Notes under the pieces: generated by a model
Seen by the model: the letters and a program-made list of their open reading frames with translations, nothing else
The model's database searches: none
What the model was told of the DNA's origin: nothing
Part shown: in pieces, positions 30,757 through 41,508 of the stretch
Numbering within the stretch: position 1 is the stretch's first letter
Layout: each line of letters starts with the position of its first letter
Origin: Candidatus Moraniibacteriota bacterium
GTDB lineage: Bacteria > Patescibacteriota > Minisyncoccia > Moranbacterales > UBA1568
Direction of reading: 5' to 3'
Assembly: GCA_023261645.1 (NCBI GenBank)
Contig: JAHFOO010000003.1
Coordinates: 31,951 to 95,950, forward strand
Length of the DNA stretch: 64,000 bases
Translations under genes and position numbers: made by a program

Positions 30757-30780
30757 ATTTGTTTTTCTTCTGTAAATAAA

Positions 30781-30817
30781 AAGAAAAAAGACGGGTTCTG
30801 TCACCACCCGTCTTTAT
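30781..30817 (-). terminator. Rho-independent terminator downstream of the ABC exporter pair
   Basis: GACGGGT...ACCCGTC hairpin. On the minus strand it is followed by a T-rich run (rc of AAGAAAAAAG). Confidence 0.45.
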
Positions 30818-30918
30818 TACTTATCCATTCTAGCATATTTTTTCACTCTTGTCCAATAGAACTGATGGAGAAAGAAATGAATGGAGGAGTCTGGTGGATT
30901 TAGATTCTCAAAATAATA

Positions 30919-32715
30919 TCAGCTCTGTCTTTCCCCGTGCAAAAGCATATCCATCGCATGTTGCATAGATCCGGCACGGATAACTTCTCCTGCGTTTACA
31001 AAAAATATGTCATCAGCATTCTCAATGGTATTGAGCCGATGTGCAATAATGACTTTTGTCGTTTTTTCCGGCAACTTATCAATGATTTCTTGGAGTAACT
31101 GTTCTGTAACAGTATCTATATTTGCCGTAGCTTCATCCAAAATCAATATGTCGGGACTGCGTAGGACTGCCCGAATGAACGCAATCAGCTGTTTCTGTCC
31201 CAAACTGATAGCATCCCCGCTTGAAACTACTTTGGTATCCAGCCCCTCAGAAAATCTCGCGAGTAGCTTCGTCAGTTGCGCCTCCTCCAAAACATTCGAT
31301 AACTCAGCATCGGTATATCTGCTATATTCCTCATTTCCATAGAGGATATTTTCACGTACCGTGCCATTAAACAAAAATGGTTCTTGCAAAATAAAGCCGA
31401 TTTTTGCTACCCGCTCGGAAGATTCATAACGACGGATATCCTTCCCTTCAAGATAAATCGTACCCTTACTTGGATCATAAAGTCTCGCCATCAGAGATGC
31501 TGTTGTTGTTTTGCCACCGCCCGTCGGTCCTACCAGTGCATACGTTTTCCCTTTTTCGAGCGTAAAGTTGATATTTTTCAAAACATCCTTTCCTTCCGTA
31601 TATTGAAAAGACACATCCTTGAATTCCATACTAGCAGCCGGATCAGAAGGCGCTGATATTCTTTCCTCTTTATTGGATATGGTTCTCACATCTGATTCGA
31701 GACTCAATACTTCGGAAATACGATCTAAACCCGCAAGCGCCAGCTGAAGCGACGGCCATACGGCTGCAAGTTGTCTCAGTGGACTGTAAAAATTGTTGAC
31801 ATAGAGCAAGAATCCGATGAGCAAACCAACACTGAAATGACCCAAAGATATAAGATATATTCCGTAGACCAATACGGCAAGTTGTGCCAAAGACGAAGCT
31901 AACACATAAACAGGATTGAATACATTGCTTGCAATACCGGCCGAAACTGAGGCGGAGTAGTTGGTCTCATTGACCTCTTTGAATTTATTCCTGAAATAGT
32001 CGAGACGATTGAACGCCACGATCACTTTGAAATTATTGATACTTTCTTGAATTTCTCCACTCATACCACCCAGTGCACGAAGGCTTTTCAGGCTCGCACG
32101 TTTGACCCAAGGATTGAGTATCTGTGTAACAACAAGCGCGATACCTGCGGGCACCAGCGCGATAAGTCCGAGCTGGAAATTGATAAAGAGAATGAATACT
32201 CCTGTGCCTACTATAAGAATGACACCACTGATAAATTGCATCAGTGCCTGCGAAAAAAATTGATTGAGCTTGTCAGTATCATTATTTATGCGAGAGATAA
32301 GGTCACCGGCTTTGTTTTGATTAAAAAATGCTACTGGAAGCTCCTGAAGCTTACTGAATATCTTGCCACGTAAGTTGAAAAGTAGCCGTCTGCCCACACC
32401 TCCCATAGTTATGATCTGGATATAGTTTGAAACAAGATTAGCAATAAAAATACCCGCTAAAAGTCCTGAAAACAATAAGACTCCATGGAAGTTCTTCCCG
32501 ACAATATAGACATCTACAATGTGAGCGATAATAATCGGCACGACAAGTGAAGCAGCGGAGCTTACCAATATAGCAACGATTGAAATCGTCACTGAACGTT
32601 TCTCTTCGACCATCAAAGGCACCAACCTGTGCCAAGCAGTGGTGAGCACGCCCTTTTGTTTTTCTTTTTCTATGTCCGTCTTGGTAAGAGAGTAATTCAC
32701 ATTATTATTTTTCAT
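30919..32715 (-). CDS. ABC exporter, fused permease-ATPase (type I exporter half-transporter)
   Basis: Six-transmembrane domain plus an NBD with GPTGGGKTT and the LSGGQKQ signature. Overlaps the upstream paralogue by 11 nt. Confidence 0.9.
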   Translation of the reverse strand: MKNNNVNYSLTKTDIEKEKQKGVLTTAWHRLVPLMVEEKRSVTISIVAILVSSAASLVVPIIIAHIVDVYIVGKNFHGVLLFSGLLAGIFIANLVSNYIQIITMGGVGRRLLFNLRGKIFSKLQELPVAFFNQNKAGDLISRINNDTDKLNQFFSQALMQFISGVILIVGTGVFILFINFQLGLIALVPAGIALVVTQILNPWVKRASLKSLRALGGMSGEIQESINNFKVIVAFNRLDYFRNKFKEVNETNYSASVSAGIASNVFNPVYVLASSLAQLAVLVYGIYLISLGHFSVGLLIGFLLYVNNFYSPLRQLAAVWPSLQLALAGLDRISEVLSLESDVRTISNKEERISAPSDPAASMEFKDVSFQYTEGKDVLKNINFTLEKGKTYALVGPTGGGKTTTASLMARLYDPSKGTIYLEGKDIRRYESSERVAKIGFILQEPFLFNGTVRENILYGNEEYSRYTDAELSNVLEEAQLTKLLARFSEGLDTKVVSSGDAISLGQKQLIAFIRAVLRSPDILILDEATANIDTVTEQLLQEIIDKLPEKTTKVIIAHRLNTIENADDIFFVNAGEVIRAGSMQHAMDMLLHGERQS

Positions 32716-34504
32716 CAGTTAATTCATATTGACTGGTACTTCGCTGTGATTGGAAAATCTGCACATATTCCGGTGACGAATGCATCAACTGCTCATGTGT
32801 GCCCTTGGCCAGCAATTCTCCTTCCATAAGCACTATGATCTGATCATAGTGTTCAATGGATGAAATTTTTTGGGTGACAGATATGAGCGTAAGTTCAGGA
32901 TAATTCTTGGCAACATTGCTCAAAATCTTTTTTTCAGTATGCGCATCGACGCGTGCGGTGAAATCATCCAGGAGCAGTACTTTGGGATCGAGCGCCAGTG
33001 CGCGAGCAAGCATAATGCGCTGTTTTTGACCTCCTGAAAGGCTGGTCCCTCTTTCTGAAACTATTGTATCCAATTTTTTCGGCAAAGCCTCGATATAGTC
33101 TTTCAGCTCTGCGGTTTCTATCGCTTTTTCAATATATTCATCGGAAGCAGTGTTGCTGAACGCGATATTTTCTCTGAGACTCAGGTTGAATATCACACTG
33201 TCTTGAAAAACAAATCCGACTTGACTGTGCAAGCTTTCTTTATTGTATTCATTGATATTCTTACCATCAAAACACACTTCGCCTTCTGTCGGGGCAAGAA
33301 GTCCCGTAAGCAAGTACAGTAGCTGAGTCTTGCCGGCGGCTGTTGGACCAATAATAGCCGTTTTGCTTCCGGATTTCACTGAAAATGAGATGTCTTTGAG
33401 TACTCTTTTTTCTCCGAAATGTACGGACACATTCTTCACTTCGATATCACCTCGAAGAACCGCTTTGATTCCTCCGGTTTTCTTCTCGACCGGTGCATTG
33501 AGTACCTGCAAGATGCGTCCATAGGAAGCCCCAGCCTGGGCGATAAGGTTGCTTATGAATCCAAGGATGAGTATCGGGAAAATAAGGATAGCAAGATAAC
33601 TATTGAAAGCTGTAAAATTGCCGAGCGACATTGTGCCTGTTATGACAAAATGTCCTCCTAGGAGGACTATGGCCAGTGTTGCGATATTTGTAAAAAAGGT
33701 GATAACAGGAATAAGACCGGAGAATAATCTCAATATCTCAAGGCTGATATTTTTTGCTTCCATATTCGCGCCGAGGAATTTTTCACTTTCGTGATGCTGA
33801 GAGTTGAGCAAACGGATCAAGGCACTTCCCAGAATACTTTCGCTAATAACTTTGTTCAGCCAGTCTATGGCCTCTTGGGATCTGATGAAAAGCTTGCGAA
33901 CTTTTTTCAATACGAAAAAGAATGTCGCTGCAATGATAGGAGTAACCGAGAGCACTGCCAGTGCCAGCTTCCAATCAGTAATGAGGAGGAGTACCGATAC
34001 ACCGATGATCAAAAATGCAGACGAAATGATAGACGAAACAGCCGTTGAGACAAATGTTTTGACCGCATCAACATCCGAAGTCAGGTTGGTCAAGAGTTTT
34101 GCTGGTGTGGCACTTTCGATGTACGAGTACGGCTGTACTGATATCTTGGCTGCAATATCATTGCGAATATCGTGTGCTACTCGCTCTGATGCCAAGACCT
34201 GTACGATATTTTGCAGATAAGTAAATATGAAAATAAGCAGAGCAATAATGGAGAATTCAACAATGAGCGGTGCTATGAAGAAATTGCCACTCGTGTAACT
34301 ATCAATGGTGTGCGCAATGATTTTCGGCACAGCAATACTCAGTCCATTGGCACTTATAGTAAGCACCACAAGAAGAGTGATAATACCCGTGTATTTTCCA
34401 AGCAATCCAAAAAGGCTCGGGGCCAATACTCCTATATCATTGTCATTACTTTTGTATTCTTTTTTTCGTTGCATAATAAATTGATTATCATTTTTCAACA
34501 ACAA
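32705..34504 (-). CDS. ABC exporter, fused permease-ATPase (heterodimer partner)
   Basis: Six-transmembrane domain plus an NBD with GPTAAGKT and LSGGQKQRIMLARAL. Together with 30919..32715 it forms a LmrCD/MdlAB-like heterodimeric exporter. Confidence 0.9.
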   Translation of the reverse strand: MLLKNDNQFIMQRKKEYKSNDNDIGVLAPSLFGLLGKYTGIITLLVVLTISANGLSIAVPKIIAHTIDSYTSGNFFIAPLIVEFSIIALLIFIFTYLQNIVQVLASERVAHDIRNDIAAKISVQPYSYIESATPAKLLTNLTSDVDAVKTFVSTAVSSIISSAFLIIGVSVLLLITDWKLALAVLSVTPIIAATFFFVLKKVRKLFIRSQEAIDWLNKVISESILGSALIRLLNSQHHESEKFLGANMEAKNISLEILRLFSGLIPVITFFTNIATLAIVLLGGHFVITGTMSLGNFTAFNSYLAILIFPILILGFISNLIAQAGASYGRILQVLNAPVEKKTGGIKAVLRGDIEVKNVSVHFGEKRVLKDISFSVKSGSKTAIIGPTAAGKTQLLYLLTGLLAPTEGEVCFDGKNINEYNKESLHSQVGFVFQDSVIFNLSLRENIAFSNTASDEYIEKAIETAELKDYIEALPKKLDTIVSERGTSLSGGQKQRIMLARALALDPKVLLLDDFTARVDAHTEKKILSNVAKNYPELTLISVTQKISSIEHYDQIIVLMEGELLAKGTHEQLMHSSPEYVQIFQSQRSTSQYELTDEK

Positions 34505-34934
34505 TCGTATTCTCTATTATCTTATTCAGTAAGTAACAATACGATTCAAATTCATCATCAGTCAGTACATCAAAAATATGTTCCATATATTGGATACGTT
34601 TATTTCTGAGTGCCTCCATACGTTTTTTGCTCTTCTCTGAAAGAGAAAGACTGAGCGCCCGCTTATCATCACTACTCGTTTTCTTGATCACATATTTTTT
34701 CTGAACCAGAGATTCGACAAGCTGGGTTGTCGCACTCGAAGTGATACTGAGCGCCTTGGCCAATTCTTTAATTGTCACTTTTTCATTTTTTCGCAAATGT
34801 TGAAGAACGAGCCACTGAGAGGCGGTGATGTGCGTACCTTTCAAACAATGAGAAGCTACACCGATACTCATCTTGCGTTTTATGGTATGAAAATCTTCGA
34901 CCAGCTTCTCAATCTGTTTCCTCCGTTGTGTCAT
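34488..34934 (-). CDS. MarR-family transcriptional regulator
   Basis: A 148-aa protein with a winged helix (ITASQWLVLQHLRKNEKVTIKELAKALSITSSATTQLVESLVQKKYV). Sits at the head of the ABC exporter operon. Confidence 0.8.
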   Translation of the reverse strand: MTQRRKQIEKLVEDFHTIKRKMSIGVASHCLKGTHITASQWLVLQHLRKNEKVTIKELAKALSITSSATTQLVESLVQKKYVIKKTSSDDKRALSLSLSEKSKKRMEALRNKRIQYMEHIFDVLTDDEFESYCYLLNKIIENTIVVEK

Positions 34935-35081
34935 ACTATTTTTTTAAATTGTGTAAGTATATTAACTAATTTTGATACATCTGTCAATGAAATTATACTT
35001 TACAGACTCAAATATCAGCCACAAACAACAAAAAACAAGGCTTGCCACGACCTTGAATTCGACGGAGAGAGAATAGGAGGA

Positions 35082-35357
35082 TCACGGACGATGTGAGCAG
35101 CCAGCCCAACAACAAGGCCGACGCATTCCTGATTTAAGCTTCGAAAGACCAACCTCGATCCGACGCTTTCTCGTTTCTGGTTTCTTAGCATCAAGAATCC
35201 AGCAAATCCATTCGTTGCGTGCGAGCGGTGTGATATCCTCCCAGAGAATATGTGCCGAGGGTGTTATCATTAGTGCTTTCCGCCAATCAGCGGGTACTGC
35301 GTGTACGACGCCAGTTGATACCTTGTTTTGTGTCATAATTTTAACAATAGCCAACAC
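35082..35357 (-). CDS. YdeI/OmdA-domain protein (bacteriocin-protection family)
   Basis: DITPLARNEWICWILDAKKPETRKRRIEVGLSKLKSG matches the OmdA/YdeI C-terminal signature. Confidence 0.5.
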   Translation of the reverse strand: MLAIVKIMTQNKVSTGVVHAVPADWRKALMITPSAHILWEDITPLARNEWICWILDAKKPETRKRRIEVGLSKLKSGMRRPCCWAGCSHRP

Positions 35358-35556
35358 TATTTCTAATATACACTATTCTAATATCCTATCAAAGTCTCAA
35401 AGCTTTACTCCTTCAGATTGAAGAAGTTTATGGAGCAAAGTGTGTGAGATTTACCCCGCTCTGCTTTTCGCTATGTCTGTACCCAGTTATGAAATTGGTA
35501 CGGTATATTCTTCTCATCGTTATCCATACCGTATTCTAAATCTTTACTTCTTTTCG

Positions 35557-36540
35557 CTATTTCAAATATGTCTCAATATTTGCCTTGTGTTCATCGTACG
35601 TTTTGGCACAATGGATTTGCCGATTGTTATCGTGGAGATAATACAAACAATCTGTTTCCGTAGGGTGCAGAACGGCCTCGATAGCATCCGTTCCAGGATT
35701 ATCGATAGGAAACGGAGGCAATCCTTTGTATTTGTAAGTATTGTAAGAAGAATCGATATTAGTTATGTCCACTGATTCGATAGGCGCCCACCAGCCAGCC
35801 TCGGTCTTCCCTCGAGCATATTGGACAGTCGCATCAATTTCCAGATTCATTCCTTGATTCAATCGATTCCAAAGAATTCCAGCAATCAAGGGCATATCGT
35901 CTTTCCCTCCCGCTTCCCGCTGGATAATCGAAGCTAATTTCAAGCCAGTTGTCCACAAGATATTCTGTTGTGCGAATTGGCTGATATAGGGAGCGAATTT
36001 TTCATCAAAATGCCTTGTCATCCGATTGGCAATTTCGAATCCGCTTTCACCTACCGGAATAAGATATGTGTCGGGAAAATATGTTCCTTCGATATAGTCT
36101 ATCCTCATTTTTGTGTACTCCGTATTCCATTTATCGAGTTCATTATCGCTCCAGGAAAACGTTTTCGTCAAAATTTCACCTATCTGTTCTTTTCGGAGTC
36201 CCTCAGGGACAACTACCCATTTCATATCTGGAGAGGCGGTCAATTTCTTGGCGAGTTGCCAAATACTCATATTTTTTGACACATTGTAACCGCCGGATTC
36301 TATCGTATGATTATTCGTGAGAAACAGAGCTAGTTTGAAAGCTGCTTTGTTTCTAATCAATCTCTGACTTTTCAATTTATCTACTGTTTGAACCTCGGTT
36401 TGATTCCGATTAACGATGAAAACAGTATTCTCCTCCTGCGATTGAGGCGCACTGAAAAACAAGTAGTTCACTAGAAACAGACCCGTCATTATGACCAGGA
36501 CCAATCCTATTATAATTCCAAATTTCCTTTTTTTGTCCAT
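35557..36540 (-). CDS. mltG: Endolytic murein transglycosylase MltG (YceG family)
   Basis: N-terminal transmembrane helix, then a YceG-like domain (VVPEGLRKEQIGEIL...YNTYKYKGLPPFPIDNPGTDAIEAVLHP). Confidence 0.8.
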   Translation of the reverse strand: MDKKRKFGIIIGLVLVIMTGLFLVNYLFFSAPQSQEENTVFIVNRNQTEVQTVDKLKSQRLIRNKAAFKLALFLTNNHTIESGGYNVSKNMSIWQLAKKLTASPDMKWVVVPEGLRKEQIGEILTKTFSWSDNELDKWNTEYTKMRIDYIEGTYFPDTYLIPVGESGFEIANRMTRHFDEKFAPYISQFAQQNILWTTGLKLASIIQREAGGKDDMPLIAGILWNRLNQGMNLEIDATVQYARGKTEAGWWAPIESVDITNIDSSYNTYKYKGLPPFPIDNPGTDAIEAVLHPTETDCLYYLHDNNRQIHCAKTYDEHKANIETYLK

Positions 36541-36809
36541 ATCTTCTCTTCTTTATAAATTTTTTGTATATGCTTTTTGATTGCTCTTGATCCCATTTTA
36601 GCACAGGTCTCAGCATCCATCAGGGGTAACAAAAATAGAGACTCAGATAAATCTCTGTTCATATATGTTTGCTTGGAAAAATAGCTTTCGAACTTTTCAG
36701 TGAGAAATAGTATTTTTCAATGCATCGAATGAATCGATTATCAACCTTCGTTGAACGACAAACCAATAAACAATACGGTTGTGCTCATAAATCAAAAGAG
36801 ACTTTATCT

Positions 36810-38294
36810 CTATTCAACAAAAACTTTTTCCTTTGATTCATGATCGACCCTGATCCAGTATGCACCCGCCGCACCAAACATCGCCAAGGCCGCCGCCACT
36901 ACGAAAACATGATCATATGCAGCAACCTGTGCTTTCAAAATGATCAAATCAATCCCTGTCTTGATCACATTGGGATCCAAAGATCTGATAACGCTATTTT
37001 GAGCGATTTCTGTCACCTTGCTGTTTACGGCGTTTTGTAGAAATGTTCCAAATGCCGCAATACCGAAGGCGCCCGCGATATTACGTGCTAAAGCCAGAAC
37101 TGAAGAGGCGCTTCCTATCTCGTTTTGCGGTACAGCTGAAGCGATGATACTTGTCCGCTGAGCCATACCAAATCCCATACCGAACGCCATAATTATCAAA
37201 GGAATGATGATATCGATGGATGTCGAACGAGGATCGAGATAGGAAAACAAATAGAGCCCCACGCCAGCAACGAACGTGCTTGCCATAATAACAACGCGGG
37301 CTGACACTTTCCCTACCAGATTGCCACCGATCGGCGCAGCTAAAAGCAAAGCGAAGGCCATCGGCATAAAAAGATAGCCAGTCTGGGTCGCATCCAAACC
37401 GAGATATGTCTGAGCAAAAACCGGAATCAGAAACATCGATCCCATCATCGTCATAAATACGATAAAATTATTCAACAAAACATTTACAAAAACCGTATTC
37501 TTGAAAAAATTCAAATCAATGATAGCATCCTTATGCTCCTGTTCGATACGGATAAAAATATATCCGAATATGATAGTCACCAAATAAGCAGTCAGACTCG
37601 GAATAGAAAACCATCCCCAGCTCAGCCCCTTATCAAGAACGAGGACAAGTGAACTAAGCGCTATTCCCAAAACGATTGCCCCCCACCAATCAAAGCCGTG
37701 TTCTTTTTCCTTTTTTTTGCTTTCATGAATATAGGTCATAGCCATAAGCAGACCCACGATTCCTACTGGAAGGTTTACCAGAAAGACACTACGCCAACCG
37801 AAATTATCGATGAGCGGACCTCCTATAAGTGGCCCAAATACTGATGCCGCTGCAAAAGACGAAGACCAGATGCCCAAAGCCTGAGCTCTTTCTTTGCCTG
37901 GCTTGAAAGTGATGGCCAAGATTGCCATGGCTGTCGGGTAATCTGCTGATCCGGCAATGGCTTGGATCACTCGAAAGGCGATCATCGAGTTCAGATTCCA
38001 AGACAATCCGGCCAATATCGATCCGAAGATAAACAAAGAAAAACCGACGATATAGATTTTCTTTTGCCCATATATATCGCCAAGCTTTCCCCAAATAGGG
38101 ACAAAGATGGCATTGGCCAGGATATATGCTGTTGCGATCCAGCCAGCAGAAGAAACAGTGATTCCGAAATCACCGATAATTTTTGGGATGGCTAGATTCA
38201 CGATTGTCTGATCAAGACGCCCAAGAAAAGTTCCAACGATCACCGTAAACAATATCATCCAGCGCAAATTTTTTGGATCTTTGAATATTTTCAC
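36810..38294 (-). CDS. MFS transporter, DHA2/EmrB-like drug:H+ antiporter (14 TMS)
   Basis: A 494-aa protein. MFS signature GRLDQTIVNLAIPKI and 14 predicted transmembrane segments. Confidence 0.85.
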   Translation of the reverse strand: MKIFKDPKNLRWMILFTVIVGTFLGRLDQTIVNLAIPKIIGDFGITVSSAGWIATAYILANAIFVPIWGKLGDIYGQKKIYIVGFSLFIFGSILAGLSWNLNSMIAFRVIQAIAGSADYPTAMAILAITFKPGKERAQALGIWSSSFAAASVFGPLIGGPLIDNFGWRSVFLVNLPVGIVGLLMAMTYIHESKKKEKEHGFDWWGAIVLGIALSSLVLVLDKGLSWGWFSIPSLTAYLVTIIFGYIFIRIEQEHKDAIIDLNFFKNTVFVNVLLNNFIVFMTMMGSMFLIPVFAQTYLGLDATQTGYLFMPMAFALLLAAPIGGNLVGKVSARVVIMASTFVAGVGLYLFSYLDPRSTSIDIIIPLIIMAFGMGFGMAQRTSIIASAVPQNEIGSASSVLALARNIAGAFGIAAFGTFLQNAVNSKVTEIAQNSVIRSLDPNVIKTGIDLIILKAQVAAYDHVFVVAAALAMFGAAGAYWIRVDHESKEKVFVE

Positions 38295-38311
38295 AGAACC
38301 TGTTCCTTTTG

Positions 38312-38962
38312 TTAATTCGTATAAATGGTCACTTTTGCAGACATACCGTTCTTTAGTTCGGGATACTGCTTCACATCAAAACGGATTTTCACATCAAACT
38401 GGCGCACCTCCCGCTGATCAGAAATATTGAATACCACTCCAGATTGGCGCGAGGTCGAACTAACTTCCTCAACGATCCCGGAATATTTTTTTGAACCGAA
38501 AGCATCAACCGTAAATACCGCACTTTGCCCAATATGTATATCGCTTAAACCACTGTTCTCATCAATATGTGCTACCACGCGAAGTTGTGCTGGATTGATA
38601 ACCGTCACTATCGACTCACCAACACCGACTGTCTTGCCCACATTGTTCTGAGCGCTTATGACTAGACCAACATCTTTGGTCTTCAAAATCTGATCCGAAA
38701 CCTGCGCGACACTTGCATTGGATGAAACCAGATCACCCTCTTTGACAAATATTTTCTGAATAACTCCACCTTGTTCTGACGCAATTGTAATGCTTGGTGC
38801 TTCAATATCTGCTTTGTCGGTAACAATTTGATTTTTCGTGATTGCAAAGAAAAACAATCCCACTACCGCAATAACCGCAAGCAACACAAATCCTAGCAAC
38901 GCAGTGCTTCGCGCCGAACTTCTTTTCGAGACTTCTTGTGGCACGGACAGTTCTTGTTCCAT
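38312..38962 (-). CDS. HlyD-family secretion adaptor (short, lipoyl + beta-barrel)
   Basis: Transmembrane helix, a biotin-lipoyl-like segment (GGVIQKIFVKEGDLVSSNASVAQV) and HlyD_3-like beta strands. Confidence 0.6.
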   Translation of the reverse strand: MEQELSVPQEVSKRSSARSTALLGFVLLAVIAVVGLFFFAITKNQIVTDKADIEAPSITIASEQGGVIQKIFVKEGDLVSSNASVAQVSDQILKTKDVGLVISAQNNVGKTVGVGESIVTVINPAQLRVVAHIDENSGLSDIHIGQSAVFTVDAFGSKKYSGIVEEVSSTSRQSGVVFNISDQREVRQFDVKIRFDVKQYPELKNGMSAKVTIYTN

Positions 38963-38987
38963 ATGATTGATCTTGAAAAAATAATAA

Positions 38988-40043
38988 TTACTTCGCGATA
39001 TATTCTCCTTCAGAAAGCCCGCTAACGATCTCTACCATCCCGTCGACGCCGGTGATTCCGGTGATTATCTCTTTTTCCTGTCCTGTACCATTCTCTGAAA
39101 CAAGTACAAGTTGCTTGCCATCTCGACTGATAATCGACGTGGAAGGAACCCTGACGACATTTTCCTTTTTGCTCGTCTTAAACAAGATATTCACGGTCAT
39201 TCCTGATTTGATACGATCGTCATTTCCTGAAAATACGCATGTCACCTTATACGTAGGCACTCCATTTTTCGTCGTTTCACCAGGATCAATCGCCACTACC
39301 TGAGCCGAAAATATAGCTGAGTTGCCATAGGCATCAAACGTCACATCGGCCGTATCACCAACCTTTATTTTCGTAACATCCTGCTCAGAAACAAAAGACT
39401 GGATCTCAAAAATATCCTTGCCGGTAATAAACGTAGCCACCGGTACTCCAGGCGCCACCACATCTCCAACTTCAACGTTTTGTTTGGCAACAATCCCATC
39501 AAATGGCGCTCGAATGATTGTTTTTTGGAGCTGTGCCAGTGCATTTCTCAAACCAGCCTGAACACCAAGCAACGTCGCCTCTTGTACCACAACGCTTTTT
39601 TCCGTCACAGTCACCTGAGCTTTCTGTACTTTCTTGGCATTCGAGCTCAAGCCTTTGAGTTTCAACTTTTCCATTTTCACAGATGCATTAAGCTCATCGA
39701 GTAACAGTCGAGCGCTGGAAACGCTCGCTAGAACCTGGTCATATTGTGCTTGTACATCTGCATTTTCTGATTGAGCAATCATGGCACCGGCCTTCACAGA
39801 GTCTCCCGCTTTTGTGAAAAGTTTCGTTATGGTTGCCGGGAAAGCACTTCCAAAACCTAAATCAGCTTGCTTTTGAGATCTCACTGTACCAGAGAGGGAG
39901 ATTCCCTCGACAACGTCTCCCCGAGAAACCTGGATCATTCCAACACTCGGATGACCGGAATAGTTCAAATATATGAACGCTATCGCCAAAGCACCAATTG
40001 AGATAATAGCCATAAGCAATCTGTTCGCTATTTTCTTATTCAT
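38988..40043 (-). CDS. HlyD/EmrA-family membrane fusion protein
   Basis: Transmembrane helix, a coiled coil, lipoyl and beta-barrel domains. Lies in an operon with the MFS pump. Confidence 0.7.
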   Translation of the reverse strand: MNKKIANRLLMAIISIGALAIAFIYLNYSGHPSVGMIQVSRGDVVEGISLSGTVRSQKQADLGFGSAFPATITKLFTKAGDSVKAGAMIAQSENADVQAQYDQVLASVSSARLLLDELNASVKMEKLKLKGLSSNAKKVQKAQVTVTEKSVVVQEATLLGVQAGLRNALAQLQKTIIRAPFDGIVAKQNVEVGDVVAPGVPVATFITGKDIFEIQSFVSEQDVTKIKVGDTADVTFDAYGNSAIFSAQVVAIDPGETTKNGVPTYKVTCVFSGNDDRIKSGMTVNILFKTSKKENVVRVPSTSIISRDGKQLVLVSENGTGQEKEIITGITGVDGMVEIVSGLSEGEYIAK

Positions 40044-40066
40044 AGAATATATTCTCTTAAAATAAA

Positions 40067-40489
40067 TTACCTGGTGATATTCGTTACTTTTTCTAAAATG
40101 GCTGTCAACTGCTTCTGTTCATCGATTGTCAGCCTCCTTAAATTCTTTCGCAGTGTTTCGGCCGCATTCTGCTTATATATTTCCAAATACTCCTCACCTT
40201 TCTTCGTAATCACGATACGTACCGTTCTGCGATCTTTCTCATCTGCTTGCCTCTCTACCAGCCGTGCCCTAACAATCGTGTTAACGAGTGAAGTTGCTGA
40301 GGGCGGAGTAATTCCCAATAAACCGGCAATCTCTCTCATAAATGGTTTTTTCTTCTTCACATATGCGAGTGTCACCATATGCAGATAAGAACACGCTTTC
40401 TCGCTCTTTTGCTCCCGTTGCTCGTGCAAGAGTTTGTTGGTCTCAAAAATAAGTCGTATGATACGATCAATAGAATTTTCCATATTCAT
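40067..40489 (-). CDS. MarR-family transcriptional regulator
   Basis: A 140-aa protein with winged helix MREIAGLLGITPPSATSLVNTIVRARLVERQADEKDRRTVRIVITKKG. Confidence 0.8.
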   Translation of the reverse strand: MNMENSIDRIIRLIFETNKLLHEQREQKSEKACSYLHMVTLAYVKKKKPFMREIAGLLGITPPSATSLVNTIVRARLVERQADEKDRRTVRIVITKKGEEYLEIYKQNAAETLRKNLRRLTIDEQKQLTAILEKVTNITR

Positions 40490-40812
40490 TAGAATAAAAA
40501 ATTATTAGAAGCTCTAATATACCAATCTTCTCTTTTTTTGTCAATATTCCATCAAGAACCAAGGCTCAAATCCTGCCAGAATAACAAAACAAGGCTTGTT
40601 ACAGACTTTTTTTATTAGCTCTCCCTAGTAGATAAACTTAGAACTTTTGATTGGGGAAATATTAGAAAGGTAATGGAAGAAATGGAGAAAATTTTGATAT
40701 AAAAAACGCCATCCAATAACCAGGATGGCTCGGTTGGGCACTAATTCCTGACCCCTTTTCTGCTCCTAAAAATATGCGGTGACTCCAATATCGAAAGGGG
40801 TATCAAAATCAG

Positions 40813-41397
40813 TTATTGAAGATAAGCTTCTTTCAATTTGTAGGCTATGTCGTGAAGTTCTTCATGCCGTTCTTTCCCGATGACGTTTTTGTCCACGTCT
40901 TCAAAGCCTTTGTCCAGTTCTTTTAATTTGCTTTCCGAAAGTGTTTTTTCCGTCATCGGGAAAAGCACTTTATTTTCACGATCTATATGCTGGTCGAGAA
41001 GTTTGATATACGCCTTTGTGTTCTCACCGAAAGCGGAAACATCGTCGCTTTCAATGGCATCGGCCATATTTTTCACGAATCCTCTGCCGATAGTGTGTTC
41101 TTCGATAAAACCATCAACGAGAGCGATTTCTTCCGGTATATTGTTTTCCCTTACGGCTGGAAAATACAAAGCCTCTTCTTTTCCATGGTGACACTTGTCC
41201 GCGAATTCCCGGATAAATGTGATGGCGAGTTGCATATGTTCTTTATTGAGAGGCTTTCCAGATTCAAGTTGCTCGCATACTTTTTCCAGAACACGAAGCA
41301 CCATTTTGATCAATCCGTGTTCTCTTTCCATATCTTTAATGGGATCTGGAAAATCGAATTCGACAGGATTCATAGAATTTATTTGACCGTATAACAA
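40813..41397 (-). CDS. Hemerythrin-like metal-binding (HHE cation-binding) domain protein
   Basis: Repeated H/E-containing helices (EHGLIKMVL, FADKCHHGKEEALYFP, EEHTIGR, HIDRENKVLFP) typical of hemerythrin domains. Confidence 0.65.
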   Translation of the reverse strand: MLYGQINSMNPVEFDFPDPIKDMEREHGLIKMVLRVLEKVCEQLESGKPLNKEHMQLAITFIREFADKCHHGKEEALYFPAVRENNIPEEIALVDGFIEEHTIGRGFVKNMADAIESDDVSAFGENTKAYIKLLDQHIDRENKVLFPMTEKTLSESKLKELDKGFEDVDKNVIGKERHEELHDIAYKLKEAYLQ

Positions 41398-41486
41398 TTA
41401 ACAATACTCATTATAGCACAAAAAAACTCCCCCGACTCCACAACAAGATCAGATGCCCTTACAAAAAGAGTGATTTTCACTTGTTA

Positions 41487-41508
41487 CTCTGGCGGCAGGA
41501 TTCGAACC
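41487..41508. repeat. 22-bp direct repeat (distal copy) identical to the 3' end of tRNA-Asn; putative att site of a degraded integrated islet
   Basis: CTCTGGCGGCAGGATTCGAACC matches 43637..43658 exactly. Those bases are tRNA-Asn T-loop through discriminator on the minus strand. Confidence 0.6.
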
